Shown here one piece after another: positions 26,128 to 36,165 of a stretch of DNA of 64,000 nt. The notes below the pieces were generated by a model. The model did no database searches and was not told where the DNA came from. It saw only the letters and a program-made list of their open reading frames with translations. Location: contig JBAZXV010000002.1 of the NCBI GenBank assembly GCA_041659685.1, positions 39,527 through 103,526 on the forward strand. The letters are read 5' to 3'. This DNA comes from Parcubacteria group bacterium (GTDB lineage: Bacteria > Patescibacteriota > Minisyncoccia > Moranbacterales > UBA11712). The stretch's first letter is position 1. Every line of letters starts with the position of its first letter. The position numbers and the translations under genes were made by a program.

Positions 26128-29049
26128 ATGCGTTTCAACGAACAGCACACAATCGAAAACCACATAATCAAATACTTCAAAAACGATTTGAAGTATGAAT
26201 ATGTAAAGCCTGATGAATTTGCCGAACTTCGCGAATTTGAAAATGAATACCTTATAACCCCGCTTTTTCAAGAATCAATCAAAAAACTCAACGGCATCGA
26301 GGACGACAATCTCGTTCAGCTTCTTGTGAAAGAACTCAAGAAAATCGACAACAATGAGGAATTTCTGAATGCCTTGCGAAACGGCATAAACCGCAAAGAC
26401 CCGAAGACAAACAAGAAAACCGACTACAAAGTCATCGATTTTGAAAAGCCTGAAAACAATCGTTTCATCATCACCAACCAATTCTATTTCGAGGGCAACA
26501 CCGAAAACATCCGCCCCGATATGATGATTTTCGTGAACGGCATTCCGATTGCGGACATCGAAGCGAAAAGCCCCACGGCTTCGGCGAGCGTGAGCTGGGA
26601 AAACGCCGTCGGGCAAATCAAGCGATACGAGAATGTCGCCCCGCGCCTTTTCATCCCTAACTGCTTCAATGTCGCGACTGACGGGACGGAGGCGGGCACG
26701 AGATATGGAGCGACAAATTCGCCGATTCAATACTTTTTTCAATGGAAAGACGAAGAGAACGCCAAGAAATTTGCGGGGAATCTGGAACTTGCGCTTTGGA
26801 ATCTTTTCGACAAAAGCCAGCTTCTCGACATCCTTAAGAATTTTATCGTCTTTGAAAAAGAGGAAGGAAAAACTATCAAGAAAATGTGCCGCTATCAGCA
26901 ATACCGCGCCGCCAACAGAATCCTTAAGAGAGTGGAGGATGGGAAAAAAAGAAAAGGGCTCATCTGGCACACGCAAGGGAGCGGAAAATCTTTGACAATG
27001 TTTTTCACGGCTTGGAAACTGCGCTATGCCGAGGGGCTCAAAAATCCCAAGGTTTTCATTTTAGTTGACCGCATTGACCTGGACGACCAGATTCACGACA
27101 CTTTCACAGCCTGCGGTGGGAAAAATATCATCAGAATCACTTCAAGAAAAAAACTTGAGGAAAAAATTACCAATGACGAACGGGGAATTTTCATCACAAC
27201 CATTCAGAAGTTCGCGGAGCTGGGAAGCGGCGTTCAAAACGAGAACAGCAATCTCATCGTGCTTGCCGACGAAGCCCATCGCACGAACGAGGGCATTTCG
27301 GGAATCAACGCCCGCTTTTCCTTTCGGGACGCTTTTTGGTTCGGCTTCACGGGAACGCCGATTGACAAGACGACTCTCAACACGCATCGCAATTTCGGAG
27401 AAGAGGGAGAGCGGTATTTGGACTACTATTCAATCCAGCAGGCGATTGACGACGGCGCGACGCTGCCCGTATATTTTGAAACAAGACTCTCGAAATATTT
27501 CATAAACGAAGAAGAATTAGACAAACAATTCGAGGAACTCACGGCGGGGCTTTCAGAAAAGCAAAAAGAAGAGCTCAAAAAAACGCACGGCAAAAAGGAA
27601 GCCATCGTGAAACTTGTGAAAAGAATCAGCGCTATCGCGACCGACATTGCCGAACACTACAAAATATATGTCCTGCCGAACAATTTCAAGGCGCAAGTGG
27701 TTTGCTACGACAAAGAGGCGTGTTTGATGTATAAAACGGCTCTCGACAAAATCATTCCTGAAAACTGGTCAAAAATTATCTATTCCACGGGCGACCCGAA
27801 TATTGAAGATTCTGAAATAAAGAAACACTACACCGCCAAAGACCAGCGCCGAAATATTATCGAGGCTTTCAAGGACAAAAACCAAGAGCCGAAAATCCTG
27901 ATTGTCTGCGATATGCTTCTCACGGGCTTTGACGCACCCATCGAGCAGGTGATGTATCTCGACAAGCCGCTTTTCGACCACAGCCTCTTGCAAGCTATCG
28001 CAAGGACGAATCGGGTATATCCAAATAAAGGCTGCGGGAAAATCATCGACTATTACGGCATTACGCGAAGTCTTGAAAAAGCCCTGGATTTTGACGAGAG
28101 CATTCTTGATTCGGCGTTGATTGACATTGCGCGGCTCAAAGAGCAGTTCAAGCAAAAACTCAAAGAATGCCTCGACTTGTTCGGCGGCATCAATATCGAA
28201 GACCCGTCCCTTGAGAACTTGCGGCGGGCTTTGCGGATTTTCGCCGACAACAAAGACAAGCAGAAACTTTTTGAAAATCTGTTCGCGAAAATCAAGCTGA
28301 TGTTTGAGATAATCTCGCCCGACCCGTTTTTGAAGCCGTATATCCGCCAAGTGGAATGGCTTACGAGTTTCAGCCTCGCGTATAATCGGGAGTTCAAAGC
28401 GCCGACCGAGGAAGAAATACGGATGGAAGAATATGGCGAGAAAATCAAGCAGCTTATTCAGGAAAAAGTGGATTTGCAAGGAATCATCAGAACTTTCAAA
28501 GAAATCAGCATCACGGATTTGTATCAGATGAAGCAACTTGAAAAAATGGAAGCCGAAGACAAGGCGCGGGCTCTTGAGAAAATGCTCAAGAGCGAAATAT
28601 CGATAAACATCGAAACCAACCCGACCTATCACAAATTCAGCGAGCGGCTGGTGAAAATCAAACGGGACTTCGAGGACAATCAGATTGATTTGGACAAAAA
28701 AATTCAAGAGCTTTGGAAATTGCGGGAGGATTTGGTGGACAAGCGGGATGAAGCCAAAAAACTGGGATATAATTTACAGGAATACGGCGTGTATGTGATT
28801 TCGCAAGAGTTTCTCGAAAACATTGAAACGAACAAAGAAATAAAGCCGTTCATTCAGGATATGGTGGAGGCTATCACCGAAACTCTCGACAAGGGCTGGC
28901 AGGAATCCTCAAAGCGGGAGGAGTTCGTGAAGGAAATTAAGCGCAAACTCACAAAACTTATTCTCAAAGATTACAAAGACAAAATTCAGGTTCGGGATTT
29001 TCCGAAATATATCAACAGGATAATAGATGTTGTTCAGCGAAAATTTTGA
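26128..29049 (+). CDS. hsdR: Type I restriction enzyme R subunit HsdR (SF2 DEAD/DEAH helicase-nuclease)
   Basis: N-terminal nuclease region (MMIFVNGIPIADIEAK is a PD-ExK-like motif). Walker A WHTQGSGKSLTMFF. DEAH LADEAHRTNEG. Motif VI-like QAIARTNRV. Confidence 0.9.
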   Translation: MRFNEQHTIENHIIKYFKNDLKYEYVKPDEFAELREFENEYLITPLFQESIKKLNGIEDDNLVQLLVKELKKIDNNEEFLNALRNGINRKDPKTNKKTDYKVIDFEKPENNRFIITNQFYFEGNTENIRPDMMIFVNGIPIADIEAKSPTASASVSWENAVGQIKRYENVAPRLFIPNCFNVATDGTEAGTRYGATNSPIQYFFQWKDEENAKKFAGNLELALWNLFDKSQLLDILKNFIVFEKEEGKTIKKMCRYQQYRAANRILKRVEDGKKRKGLIWHTQGSGKSLTMFFTAWKLRYAEGLKNPKVFILVDRIDLDDQIHDTFTACGGKNIIRITSRKKLEEKITNDERGIFITTIQKFAELGSGVQNENSNLIVLADEAHRTNEGISGINARFSFRDAFWFGFTGTPIDKTTLNTHRNFGEEGERYLDYYSIQQAIDDGATLPVYFETRLSKYFINEEELDKQFEELTAGLSEKQKEELKKTHGKKEAIVKLVKRISAIATDIAEHYKIYVLPNNFKAQVVCYDKEACLMYKTALDKIIPENWSKIIYSTGDPNIEDSEIKKHYTAKDQRRNIIEAFKDKNQEPKILIVCDMLLTGFDAPIEQVMYLDKPLFDHSLLQAIARTNRVYPNKGCGKIIDYYGITRSLEKALDFDESILDSALIDIARLKEQFKQKLKECLDLFGGINIEDPSLENLRRALRIFADNKDKQKLFENLFAKIKLMFEIISPDPFLKPYIRQVEWLTSFSLAYNREFKAPTEEEIRMEEYGEKIKQLIQEKVDLQGIIRTFKEISITDLYQMKQLEKMEAEDKARALEKMLKSEISINIETNPTYHKFSERLVKIKRDFEDNQIDLDKKIQELWKLREDLVDKRDEAKKLGYNLQEYGVYVISQEFLENIETNKEIKPFIQDMVEAITETLDKGWQESSKREEFVKEIKRKLTKLILKDYKDKIQVRDFPKYINRIIDVVQRKF

Positions 29050-29606
29050 TGAAAAGGCAAATCAAGCTCAAAAACAAGCAAGTCGAATATCTCGTGCGCA
29101 AAAGCCAGCGAGCCAAGCGGTTGCGCCTCGCGGTTTATTGTGATGGGAGTTTCGTCATCACCGTTCCGCAAGGACTGGATATACCGCGCGTCGAGGAATA
29201 CATTTTACGAAAAGCCGAGTGGGTGCTGGAGAAACTCAAGATAATGAAGAAGCGAAGCCGAAACGCCGCATTCGCAAAGCACAGCAAACGGGACTATGTG
29301 AAACTCAAAGAAAAGGCTTTGAAAATCGCCGAGCAAAAAGTGGATGAGTTCAACAAAATCTACGGATTCAAATTCAACAAAATTGCCATCAAGAACCAGA
29401 AGACCAGATGGGGGAGCTGTTCAAAGAAAGGGAATTTGAATTACAACTTCAAAATTGCGCTCCTTCCCGAAAAACACGCCGACTACATCATCGTTCACGA
29501 ACTGTGCCATTTGAAAGAGTTCAATCATTCGCGGAGATTTTGGAATCTCGTCGAACGATTAATTCCCGATTTCAAGGAGAGGATAAAGGAGATAAAAAAT
29601 TTGTAA
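29046..29606 (+). CDS. DUF45/YgjP-family zinc metallohydrolase (SprT-like), commonly linked to hsdR
   Basis: HExxH motif in IIVHELCHLKEFNHS. Its start overlaps the hsdR stop. Confidence 0.7.
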   Translation: MMKRQIKLKNKQVEYLVRKSQRAKRLRLAVYCDGSFVITVPQGLDIPRVEEYILRKAEWVLEKLKIMKKRSRNAAFAKHSKRDYVKLKEKALKIAEQKVDEFNKIYGFKFNKIAIKNQKTRWGSCSKKGNLNYNFKIALLPEKHADYIIVHELCHLKEFNHSRRFWNLVERLIPDFKERIKEIKNL

Positions 29607-29612
29607 AAAAAT

Positions 29613-29927
29613 ATGAAAAAATGTCAGTTTTGTGCGGAAGAAATACAAGATGAAGCAATAAAATGCCGATTTTGCGGTAGCTTATTAAATGGAAATACAT
29701 CCGCAGAAGCCCCAGCCATTCAAGTCGAAGTTCGTCCTCCCATTAAACAATTGAAAAAGGCATTTGGTTGTATAACAGCTGTGGTGATAGTCGTTTGGCT
29801 TTTAGAAGCAATGATTTTTATTCCCTGGGCTGTATTTTCTCACTCTTTTTTTCCAATAGCACTCCTAATATTCTTTGGTTTAGCGGGATTTGGCTTAATA
29901 GCATTTTGGAAGTGGTTTTATAAATAA
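29613..29927 (+). CDS. Small zinc-ribbon plus 2-TM membrane protein
   Basis: N-terminus [25 protein letters not shown] is nearly identical to the N-terminus of the protease at 2719-4314. Two hydrophobic helices follow. Confidence 0.5.
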   Translation: MKKCQFCAEEIQDEAIKCRFCGSLLNGNTSAEAPAIQVEVRPPIKQLKKAFGCITAVVIVVWLLEAMIFIPWAVFSHSFFPIALLIFFGLAGFGLIAFWKWFYK

Positions 29928-29941
29928 ATATCATTAACAAT

Positions 29942-30862
29942 ATGCCAATATTCAAAATTGAAAAAAACAAACTCGCGCCGATAAATGAGAAAAAAATTGA
30001 CCTTGAAAAGGATATTCAGAAAATAACCGAAGAAAATCTCGAAACAGTTTTTAGTTTGAAGTTTGTGAGTTCAGAGTTCGCGCTTCACGGCTTTCGTATT
30101 GATACACTGGCTTTTGACAATGAGGCAAAATCTTTCGTGATTATAGAATTTAAGCGCGACAGGAGTTTCAGCGTTGTTGACCAGGGTTTTGCCTATCTTG
30201 CTTTGATGGTGAATAATAAATCGGATTTTATTTTGGAGTTCAATGAAAAGACAAGCAAGAATCTCAAACGGGAAGATGTTGACTGGTCGCAGTCGAGAGT
30301 AATGTTTGTTGCAAATTCTTTCACAAATTATCAGCAAAATGCAATCAACTTCAAAGATTTGCCGATTGAGCTTTGGGAAACGAAAGTCTTCGACAACGAC
30401 ACGATTTATTTTAATCAGATAATATCTTCCAACTCGCAGGAATCAATCAACAAATTGGTGAAAAATAAGGAAATTGAAAAAGTAAGTCGCGAAATAAAAA
30501 AATACGCGATTGATGACCACTTCAAAAAGGACTGGATACACACGAGGGAATTATTTGAGGAAATTCGAGAGAAGATATTGGCACTCGACGGCAGAATCGA
30601 GGAATCCGTGAAGAAATACTATATTGGCTATAAAATAGGGTTTTATAATATCTGTTCAATTCACTCCTACAAATCAAAGCTGATATTGCATCTTGTGAGA
30701 GTTGAGAAAAATGATTTGAAAGACCCCGAAAACAAAATTGAAATTATTCCTTGGGAGCAAAGAGGCTGGGGAAAACTTTGCGGCTATACAATTTCAAAAT
30801 CAGAAGACATAGATTATGCGCTGTTTCTCATTAAGCAGGTCTATGAAAAATTTTATAAATAA
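29942..30862 (+). CDS. Hypothetical protein with PD-(D/E)xK nuclease-like core
   Basis: RIDTLAFDNEAKSFVIIEFKR has a D...E-x-K spacing typical of restriction-endonuclease-fold proteins. Confidence 0.4.
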   Translation: MPIFKIEKNKLAPINEKKIDLEKDIQKITEENLETVFSLKFVSSEFALHGFRIDTLAFDNEAKSFVIIEFKRDRSFSVVDQGFAYLALMVNNKSDFILEFNEKTSKNLKREDVDWSQSRVMFVANSFTNYQQNAINFKDLPIELWETKVFDNDTIYFNQIISSNSQESINKLVKNKEIEKVSREIKKYAIDDHFKKDWIHTRELFEEIREKILALDGRIEESVKKYYIGYKIGFYNICSIHSYKSKLILHLVRVEKNDLKDPENKIEIIPWEQRGWGKLCGYTISKSEDIDYALFLIKQVYEKFYK

Positions 30863-30964
30863 TATGAAAATATCCAAACTAAAAAAAGGAAAAATTAAAA
30901 ATCGCAGAGGACAAAACATAGCAGTTTTGTTAGAAGAAGCCGAAAATCCGAAAGGTCTGCTTTT

Positions 30965-31642
30965 GTGATGCACGGACTTGGGGGGTTCAAAGAGCAACCG
31001 CATATCGAAACTTTCGCCCAAGCCTTCAAAGAAAAACATTACACGGTCATTCGCTTTGATACGACTAATACCTTTGGCGAAAGCGACGGCGATTATCAAG
31101 ATGCCACTACAACGAATTATTATGAGGATTTAGAGGATGTTATCAAGTGGGCTAAAGCGCAAGTTTGGTATAAAGAGCCGTTTGTTTTAGCTGGTCATAG
31201 TCTGGGAGGAATATGTTCTGCTCTTTATGCCGAGAAATATCCAAAAAAAGTTAAAGCTCTCGCTCCAATATCCACGGTTGTTTCAGGCGAATTGACTTTG
31301 AAAACCGATAGGGAAGATGTCAAAAATTGGGAAAAAACAGGCTGGAGAATTTCGCAGAGCAAATCAAAGCCAGGCGTGATAAAAAGGTTGCCTTGGTCGC
31401 ATATGGGAGACCGCTTGAAATATGATTTATTGCCCAATGTGAAAAAACTCACAATGCCAGTGTTGCTCATTGTGGGCGAAAAAGATAACTCAACTCCTCC
31501 AGAGCACCAAAAGATTCTTTTTGATAAACTGCCTGGCAAAAAGGAACTTCATATCATTAAAGGTTCTGAACACACCTTTAGGGAGCAGAAACATTTGGAT
31601 AAAATAAAACAAATTTTTCTTGATTGGATTGACAAGTTATAG
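30965..31642 (+). CDS. Alpha/beta-hydrolase-fold esterase/peptidase; the N-terminal about 34 codons appear to lie in another frame (30864-30968)
   Basis: LAGHSLGG nucleophile elbow (G-H-S-x-G), catalytic His near KGSEHTF. Upstream frame-0 ORF MKISKLKKGKIKNRRGQNIAVLLEEAENPKGLLL* reads like the missing beta1/oxyanion strand, which implies a -1 shift at a T-run. Confidence 0.65.
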   Translation: MMHGLGGFKEQPHIETFAQAFKEKHYTVIRFDTTNTFGESDGDYQDATTTNYYEDLEDVIKWAKAQVWYKEPFVLAGHSLGGICSALYAEKYPKKVKALAPISTVVSGELTLKTDREDVKNWEKTGWRISQSKSKPGVIKRLPWSHMGDRLKYDLLPNVKKLTMPVLLIVGEKDNSTPPEHQKILFDKLPGKKELHIIKGSEHTFREQKHLDKIKQIFLDWIDKL

Positions 31643-31919
31643 TTTTATGGCAACCATTCGCAAAAAAGTTTGGAAGGAATACTTTGGGAAGATAATCGCC
31701 AGAGAAAAGAGATTCGAGCTTCGCTTGGCTGATTTTGAAATCAACGAGGGCGACACTTTTGTTTTGGAAGAATGGGACAATGAAAAACAGGAATACACTG
31801 GTAGGAAAACTGAAACGACTGCAACCTACATACTCAAAACCAAAGACCTGCCATTTTGGTCGCAGGAAGAGGTTGATAAGTATGGTTTTCAAATAATTCA
31901 GTTTGATATAAAAAAATAA
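31620..31919 (+). CDS. DUF3850/ASCH-like PUA-fold small protein
   Basis: TIRKKVWKEYFGKIIAREKRFELRLADFEINEGDTFVLEEWD matches the DUF3850 K.W.e.F..i..G.K.fE.R.nD pattern. Confidence 0.45.
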   Translation: MIGLTSYSFMATIRKKVWKEYFGKIIAREKRFELRLADFEINEGDTFVLEEWDNEKQEYTGRKTETTATYILKTKDLPFWSQEEVDKYGFQIIQFDIKK

Positions 31920-31928
31920 ATAAAACTT

Positions 31929-32471
31929 ATGAAAAACGCAATAATATTACACGGCACGGGAGATTCGCCAAATGATTTTTGGTTTCCTTACCTTAAAAGA
32001 GAGTTAGAAGCACGAGGATATGAGGTGTGGATTCCCAGCCTTCCAAATGCAGACAATCCAAATTTGAAAGATTGGCTTCCATTTATCCTCGAAAATGGGA
32101 AGTTTTCTGCTGATACGATAATTATTGGTCATTCGGCTGGTGCTCAAATAATTTTGAGTCTTCTTGAAAAGATTGATGTAAAAGTCAGTCAGGTTATTTT
32201 AGTGTCTGGCTATGCTAAAGCACTCCGTAAGGATATGAACAGCGAAAAAAATGTTGATGAATATAACTGGGAGGAAATAAAACCAAAATCCCAGCGGTTT
32301 ATATTCATTAATTCCGATAATGACCCTTGGACTTGTGATGACAAGCAGGGAAGAATAATGTTTGATAATCTTGGCGGAATGCAGATTATTCTTCACGAGG
32401 GGCATATGGGTTCGACCACATATAAACAACCCTATAAGGAATTTCCATTATTACTAAATCTTATTAGCTAA
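31929..32471 (+). CDS. Serine hydrolase of the RBBP9/YdeN (Ser_hydrolase) alpha/beta family
   Basis: ILHGTGDSPNDFWFP..., IIIGHSAGAQ (GHSxG), and an LHEGHM catalytic-His region. Confidence 0.6.
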   Translation: MKNAIILHGTGDSPNDFWFPYLKRELEARGYEVWIPSLPNADNPNLKDWLPFILENGKFSADTIIIGHSAGAQIILSLLEKIDVKVSQVILVSGYAKALRKDMNSEKNVDEYNWEEIKPKSQRFIFINSDNDPWTCDDKQGRIMFDNLGGMQIILHEGHMGSTTYKQPYKEFPLLLNLIS

Positions 32472-32500
32472 CCCAATAAATATTATTTACAGATATTATA

Positions 32501-33402
32501 ATGGAACAGCCTAAATTTATAGAATTTAAAACGAAGGACGGACTAAAATTGCCTGGTCTGTTGTATGGGGTGAAAAAAACCGAAAAAATTGCTATATATT
32601 TGCACGGCAATGGAAGTTCATCAGTTTTTTATGACAAGACTGAAAATAAGATATTGGCGGATGCTCTTAAAAAACATAATATCTCAATAATGTTTTTCAA
32701 CAATAGAGGTGCTAACATTGTTAAGAAACTCGATGTGAAAAAAGGCGAAAGAAAAGAAAGAAAAAAATATGGAATGGCATTTGAGAAAATCAAAGAATGC
32801 ATTGAAGATATTGACGGAGCAATTTATTTTTTGGGCAAGCTGGGTTATAAAGAATTTTATTTGATTGGTTCGTCCACAGGGGCTAATAAAGTTTGCGTAT
32901 ATAATTTCTATAAACCTAAAAATCAAATTATTAAGTATGTTTTGCTTTCTGGTGGTGATGATACAGGTATTTATTACCAATTACTTGGAAAAAAGAGATT
33001 TGTCGAATTGTTGTCTAAAGCGAATAAAAAAATCAAAGCTGGCAAGGGTGAAGAAATTATTTCCGAGCTATTAGCTTATGACCTTATATTTTCCCACAAA
33101 GGTTTCTATGATATTGCCAATCCTGATGGGGACTATAATGTATTTCCGTTTTACGAAGAATTGAAAAAAATAATTTATCCACCAAAATCCGCTTTCGACA
33201 TTTTAAATCAATAAAAAAGCCGACATTAGTTGTATATGGTGAGTTGGACAAATATACTTGGGGAGATGCCAATAAGGTCGTGAGTATTTTGAGAGATTTT
33301 AAACCAAATTTCAAATACGAAGTTATAAAGGGAGCGGGTCATTCATTTGAAAAATACGAAGCTCAAATGGCTAAGACTGTGGCTGGCTGGCTTAACCGCT
33401 AG
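32501..33402 (+). pseudogene. Alpha/beta-hydrolase gene split by a -1 frameshift near 33200-33215 (N-terminal part 32501-33214, C-terminal part to 33402)
   Basis: N-terminal ORF has IYLHGNGSS and LIGSSTGANKV motifs. The downstream frame encodes KKPTLVVYGELD...KGAGHSFEKYE, the catalytic-His strand typical of this fold. The junction lies in an A6-7 homopolymer. Confidence 0.55.
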
Positions 33403-33498
33403 TATAATTTCAACAGAAAAAGCGAAGGTGATTACGAAAAAAATGTGTGAGTAGGCTATAAGGCAAATAGATAAGATACTCTGGAATTTGTATGCGCT

Positions 33499-34098
33499 AT
33501 GAGACAAAAATTTTCAAAAAAAATATTTTCGGATGAGGATGCATTCCATATGAGCACTCCCGAAATTATCGGAGAACATATTTCAAATCAATTAGCTCAT
33601 TATAAGACTTGTGCCGAGTTATGCTGTGCTGTTGGTATGCTTTCGGTTCAATTGGCAAAGCGAATGGATAAAGTTTTTGCGATTGATATTGACGAGAAGA
33701 GAATAAGCGATAGCAGAAAAAATGCTGAGCTTTATGGAGTTGCCGAAAAAATAAAATTCATCAAGGGTAATGTATTGGATGAACATTTACTCAAAAAATT
33801 AACAGCAGAGGTCGTTATCCTTGACCCTGACTGGAGTAGGAAAGGGATGTCCAAATCATTGCACGTGGTAAGTATTGACGATACCCAACCAAGTTTACGA
33901 GAAATGTTTAACTTAGCGAAGAAGCTTATCTCGAAAAATATTGTAGTGAGAATTCCAAAAACCTTTAACCTCTCGACTATTTCAGAGTTGGGGATTTGTA
34001 AAATCGAGAATATTATTTGGGATGGAGAAATAAAATTCAAAATAGCTTATTTTTTGGAAGGAATAAATAGCAGTGAGGAAGTCGATTTCGTATTTTAA
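33499..34098 (+). CDS. Class I SAM-dependent methyltransferase (amino-methyltransferase-like, DPDW motif)
   Basis: Motif I-like ELCCAVGMLSVQLA, acidic FAIDID, and motif IV-like VVILDPDW (compare DPPW/DPPY). Confidence 0.45.
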   Translation: MRQKFSKKIFSDEDAFHMSTPEIIGEHISNQLAHYKTCAELCCAVGMLSVQLAKRMDKVFAIDIDEKRISDSRKNAELYGVAEKIKFIKGNVLDEHLLKKLTAEVVILDPDWSRKGMSKSLHVVSIDDTQPSLREMFNLAKKLISKNIVVRIPKTFNLSTISELGICKIENIIWDGEIKFKIAYFLEGINSSEEVDFVF

Positions 34099-34230
34099 TT
34101 TCTGCTATAAAACAATGAAAGACAAATTAGAAGTATATTTGAAAGAGAAGATACTGCCTGATTTAGAAAAAAGTCGTGAAAGAGGAATCGAAGCCAAAGC
34201 AGTATTTCATAAAATTTTCAGACTGATTTT

Positions 34231-35229
34231 ATGAATAAGAAAGTTAAATTCGGCATAATATTGGGAATAGGCTTGCTTCTTATTGCAGGATTATTCATAG
34301 CATATCGAATACTTTTTGGTGCGCCTCAAAAGCAAGGGGGAAGCGAAATTTTTACGGTTGGGATGAAGCAGGATGAATCGCAAATTTTGGATAAACTAAA
34401 GAGCCAAGGCTTTATCAGAAATAAGTTGGCATTCAATTTAGTTCTGTCTCTTACACGCCAGCACGGAAAGATAACTCCTGGCGGATATAACTTATCCAAA
34501 AATTTAAGCGTTTGGCAATTGGAAAATAAAATAACCGCTGCTCCTGATATGAAATGGGTTGTAATTCCCGAAGGCTGGAGAAAAGAACAAGTAGGGGAAC
34601 TTCTGACGAAAACTTTCAACTGGAGCGATGATGAGCTTGTGAAATGGAATACGGTCTACACCAAAATGAGGATTGATTATATTGAAGGAACATATTTTCC
34701 CGACACTTATCTCATTCCAGTAAACGAAAACGGCTTGGATGTTGCCAATCGGATGGCAAGACGTTTTGATGAACAATTCGCTCCCTATATCAACCAATTT
34801 GCCCAGCAAAACATTGTCTGGACAACGGGAATCAAAATGGCTTCGATTATCCAGCGGGAAGCTGGAGGGAAAGATGATATGCCCATCATTGCGGGGATAA
34901 TGTGGAATCGGCTTAATCAGGGAATGAATTTGGAGGTGGATGCGACTGTTCAGTATGCACGAGGGAAAACTGATACAGGTTGGTGGGCGCCTATCAAGCC
35001 AGAAGACATAACCAACATTGATTCTCCGTATAACACTTATAAATATAAAGGCTTGCCCCCGCATCCAATTGACAGTCCTGGAATTGATGCGATTGAGGCG
35101 GTCTTGCATCCCGCGGAAACGGACTGCCTATATTATTTGCACGATAGCAATCGGCAAATTCATTGTGCCAAAACATACGAAGGGCACCAAGCAAATATTG
35201 AGCAATATTTAGAAAAAGTGGAAAAATAA
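34231..35229 (+). CDS. mltG: Endolytic murein transglycosylase MltG (YceG family)
   Basis: N-terminal TM helix. YceG-family signatures IPEGWRKEQVGELL, YFPDTYLI, SIIQREAG, YNTYKYKGLPPHPIDSPG. Confidence 0.8.
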   Translation: MNKKVKFGIILGIGLLLIAGLFIAYRILFGAPQKQGGSEIFTVGMKQDESQILDKLKSQGFIRNKLAFNLVLSLTRQHGKITPGGYNLSKNLSVWQLENKITAAPDMKWVVIPEGWRKEQVGELLTKTFNWSDDELVKWNTVYTKMRIDYIEGTYFPDTYLIPVNENGLDVANRMARRFDEQFAPYINQFAQQNIVWTTGIKMASIIQREAGGKDDMPIIAGIMWNRLNQGMNLEVDATVQYARGKTDTGWWAPIKPEDITNIDSPYNTYKYKGLPPHPIDSPGIDAIEAVLHPAETDCLYYLHDSNRQIHCAKTYEGHQANIEQYLEKVEK

Positions 35230-35292
35230 TAAGGATTATCCCAAGCGTCCCCGTCTTTCTTATATAATCTCATACAATCTTATATAGTCGGA

Positions 35293-35502
35293 ATGAGCAA
35301 GAAAAAAATCAAAAAAGAAATCGAGATGTATGTTAAGTGCTTAAAATGCGGCGAGGAAATCAAGGGTGATACAAATAAGAAGATGATTCCCTGCAAATGC
35401 GGCACAATTGAGGTTGACGGGTGCGAATTTTATATACGGATTATCGGCAACAAGCAGGATTATAAAATGATTCCGCGAAAATTAAAGAATAGCACGAACT
35501 GA
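35293..35502 (+). CDS. Small zinc-ribbon protein (69 aa)
   Basis: CLKCGEEI...CKCGTIEVDGC is a CxxC...CxC arrangement. Confidence 0.35.
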   Translation: MSKKKIKKEIEMYVKCLKCGEEIKGDTNKKMIPCKCGTIEVDGCEFYIRIIGNKQDYKMIPRKLKNSTN

Positions 35503-35755
35503 ACTTCCCTATTTGACAAGAAATATGAGGGGTATATAATAACACTAACGTTCGGGGATGCGGTTTTCGAAAGGCTAGACGGGGATGAGCGAGAACTGCA
35601 AGAACTGTAAAAAAGATTTTCAAAAGACACTAAAAAGACGCTCAAGAGGCATTGAGAAGATGTCCAAAAGCTTATTTTAGTGTCTTTTTTTTGTTATCAA
35701 AAGAACGCGCGTAAATCTCGTTTTTAAAAGTTAATAATTTTTTAAGTTAAAATTT

Positions 35756-36118
35756 ATGAAAATGCCAAAGAGACCTCGAAACTTCGAGGTATTCGTCAGA
35801 GAAAGGGTGAGAGAGCCTGTGCCGTATTACTCATTTTTTCTTGATATGGTCGACGGCGAGAGTGTGCCAGCCGCGCTGGTTATGTCACTCATTTACGACG
35901 CCTATTGCCAAAGAAATGGGAAAGACAATGTATTGTATTTGGAAGATGATATTGCGTATCGCACGGGTTTGCCGAAAGAGCAATGCGAAGATGCTATTGA
36001 AATTTGGGAACGGATGGGGGTCTTGAAGGTTGATAAAATGAGCGAGGAAAAGGCAGTGTATGAAGTCAACTTGAAGTTGATTTTCGAGTTCTTGGTCAGT
36101 GGTTATTTTGGCAGGTAA
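35756..36118 (+). CDS. Hypothetical protein (GC-rich mobile module)
   Basis: ORF with elevated GC, upstream of a Rep-like gene and an integrase. Confidence 0.35.
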   Translation: MKMPKRPRNFEVFVRERVREPVPYYSFFLDMVDGESVPAALVMSLIYDAYCQRNGKDNVLYLEDDIAYRTGLPKEQCEDAIEIWERMGVLKVDKMSEEKAVYEVNLKLIFEFLVSGYFGR

Positions 36119-36165
36119 ACGTGGTTGTCTAAAAAAACGTGCAGACGGCAAGCCACGGATATTAA

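Noticed and set aside
26275-28707. Long antisense ORFs inside hsdR (26275-26976, 27769-28707 minus strand) and similar antisense ORFs inside hsdM, the integrases and the giant gene
   Set aside because: They are fully embedded in genes with strong motif support on the opposite strand and occur in GC-rich stretches where stop codons are rare. They are spurious.
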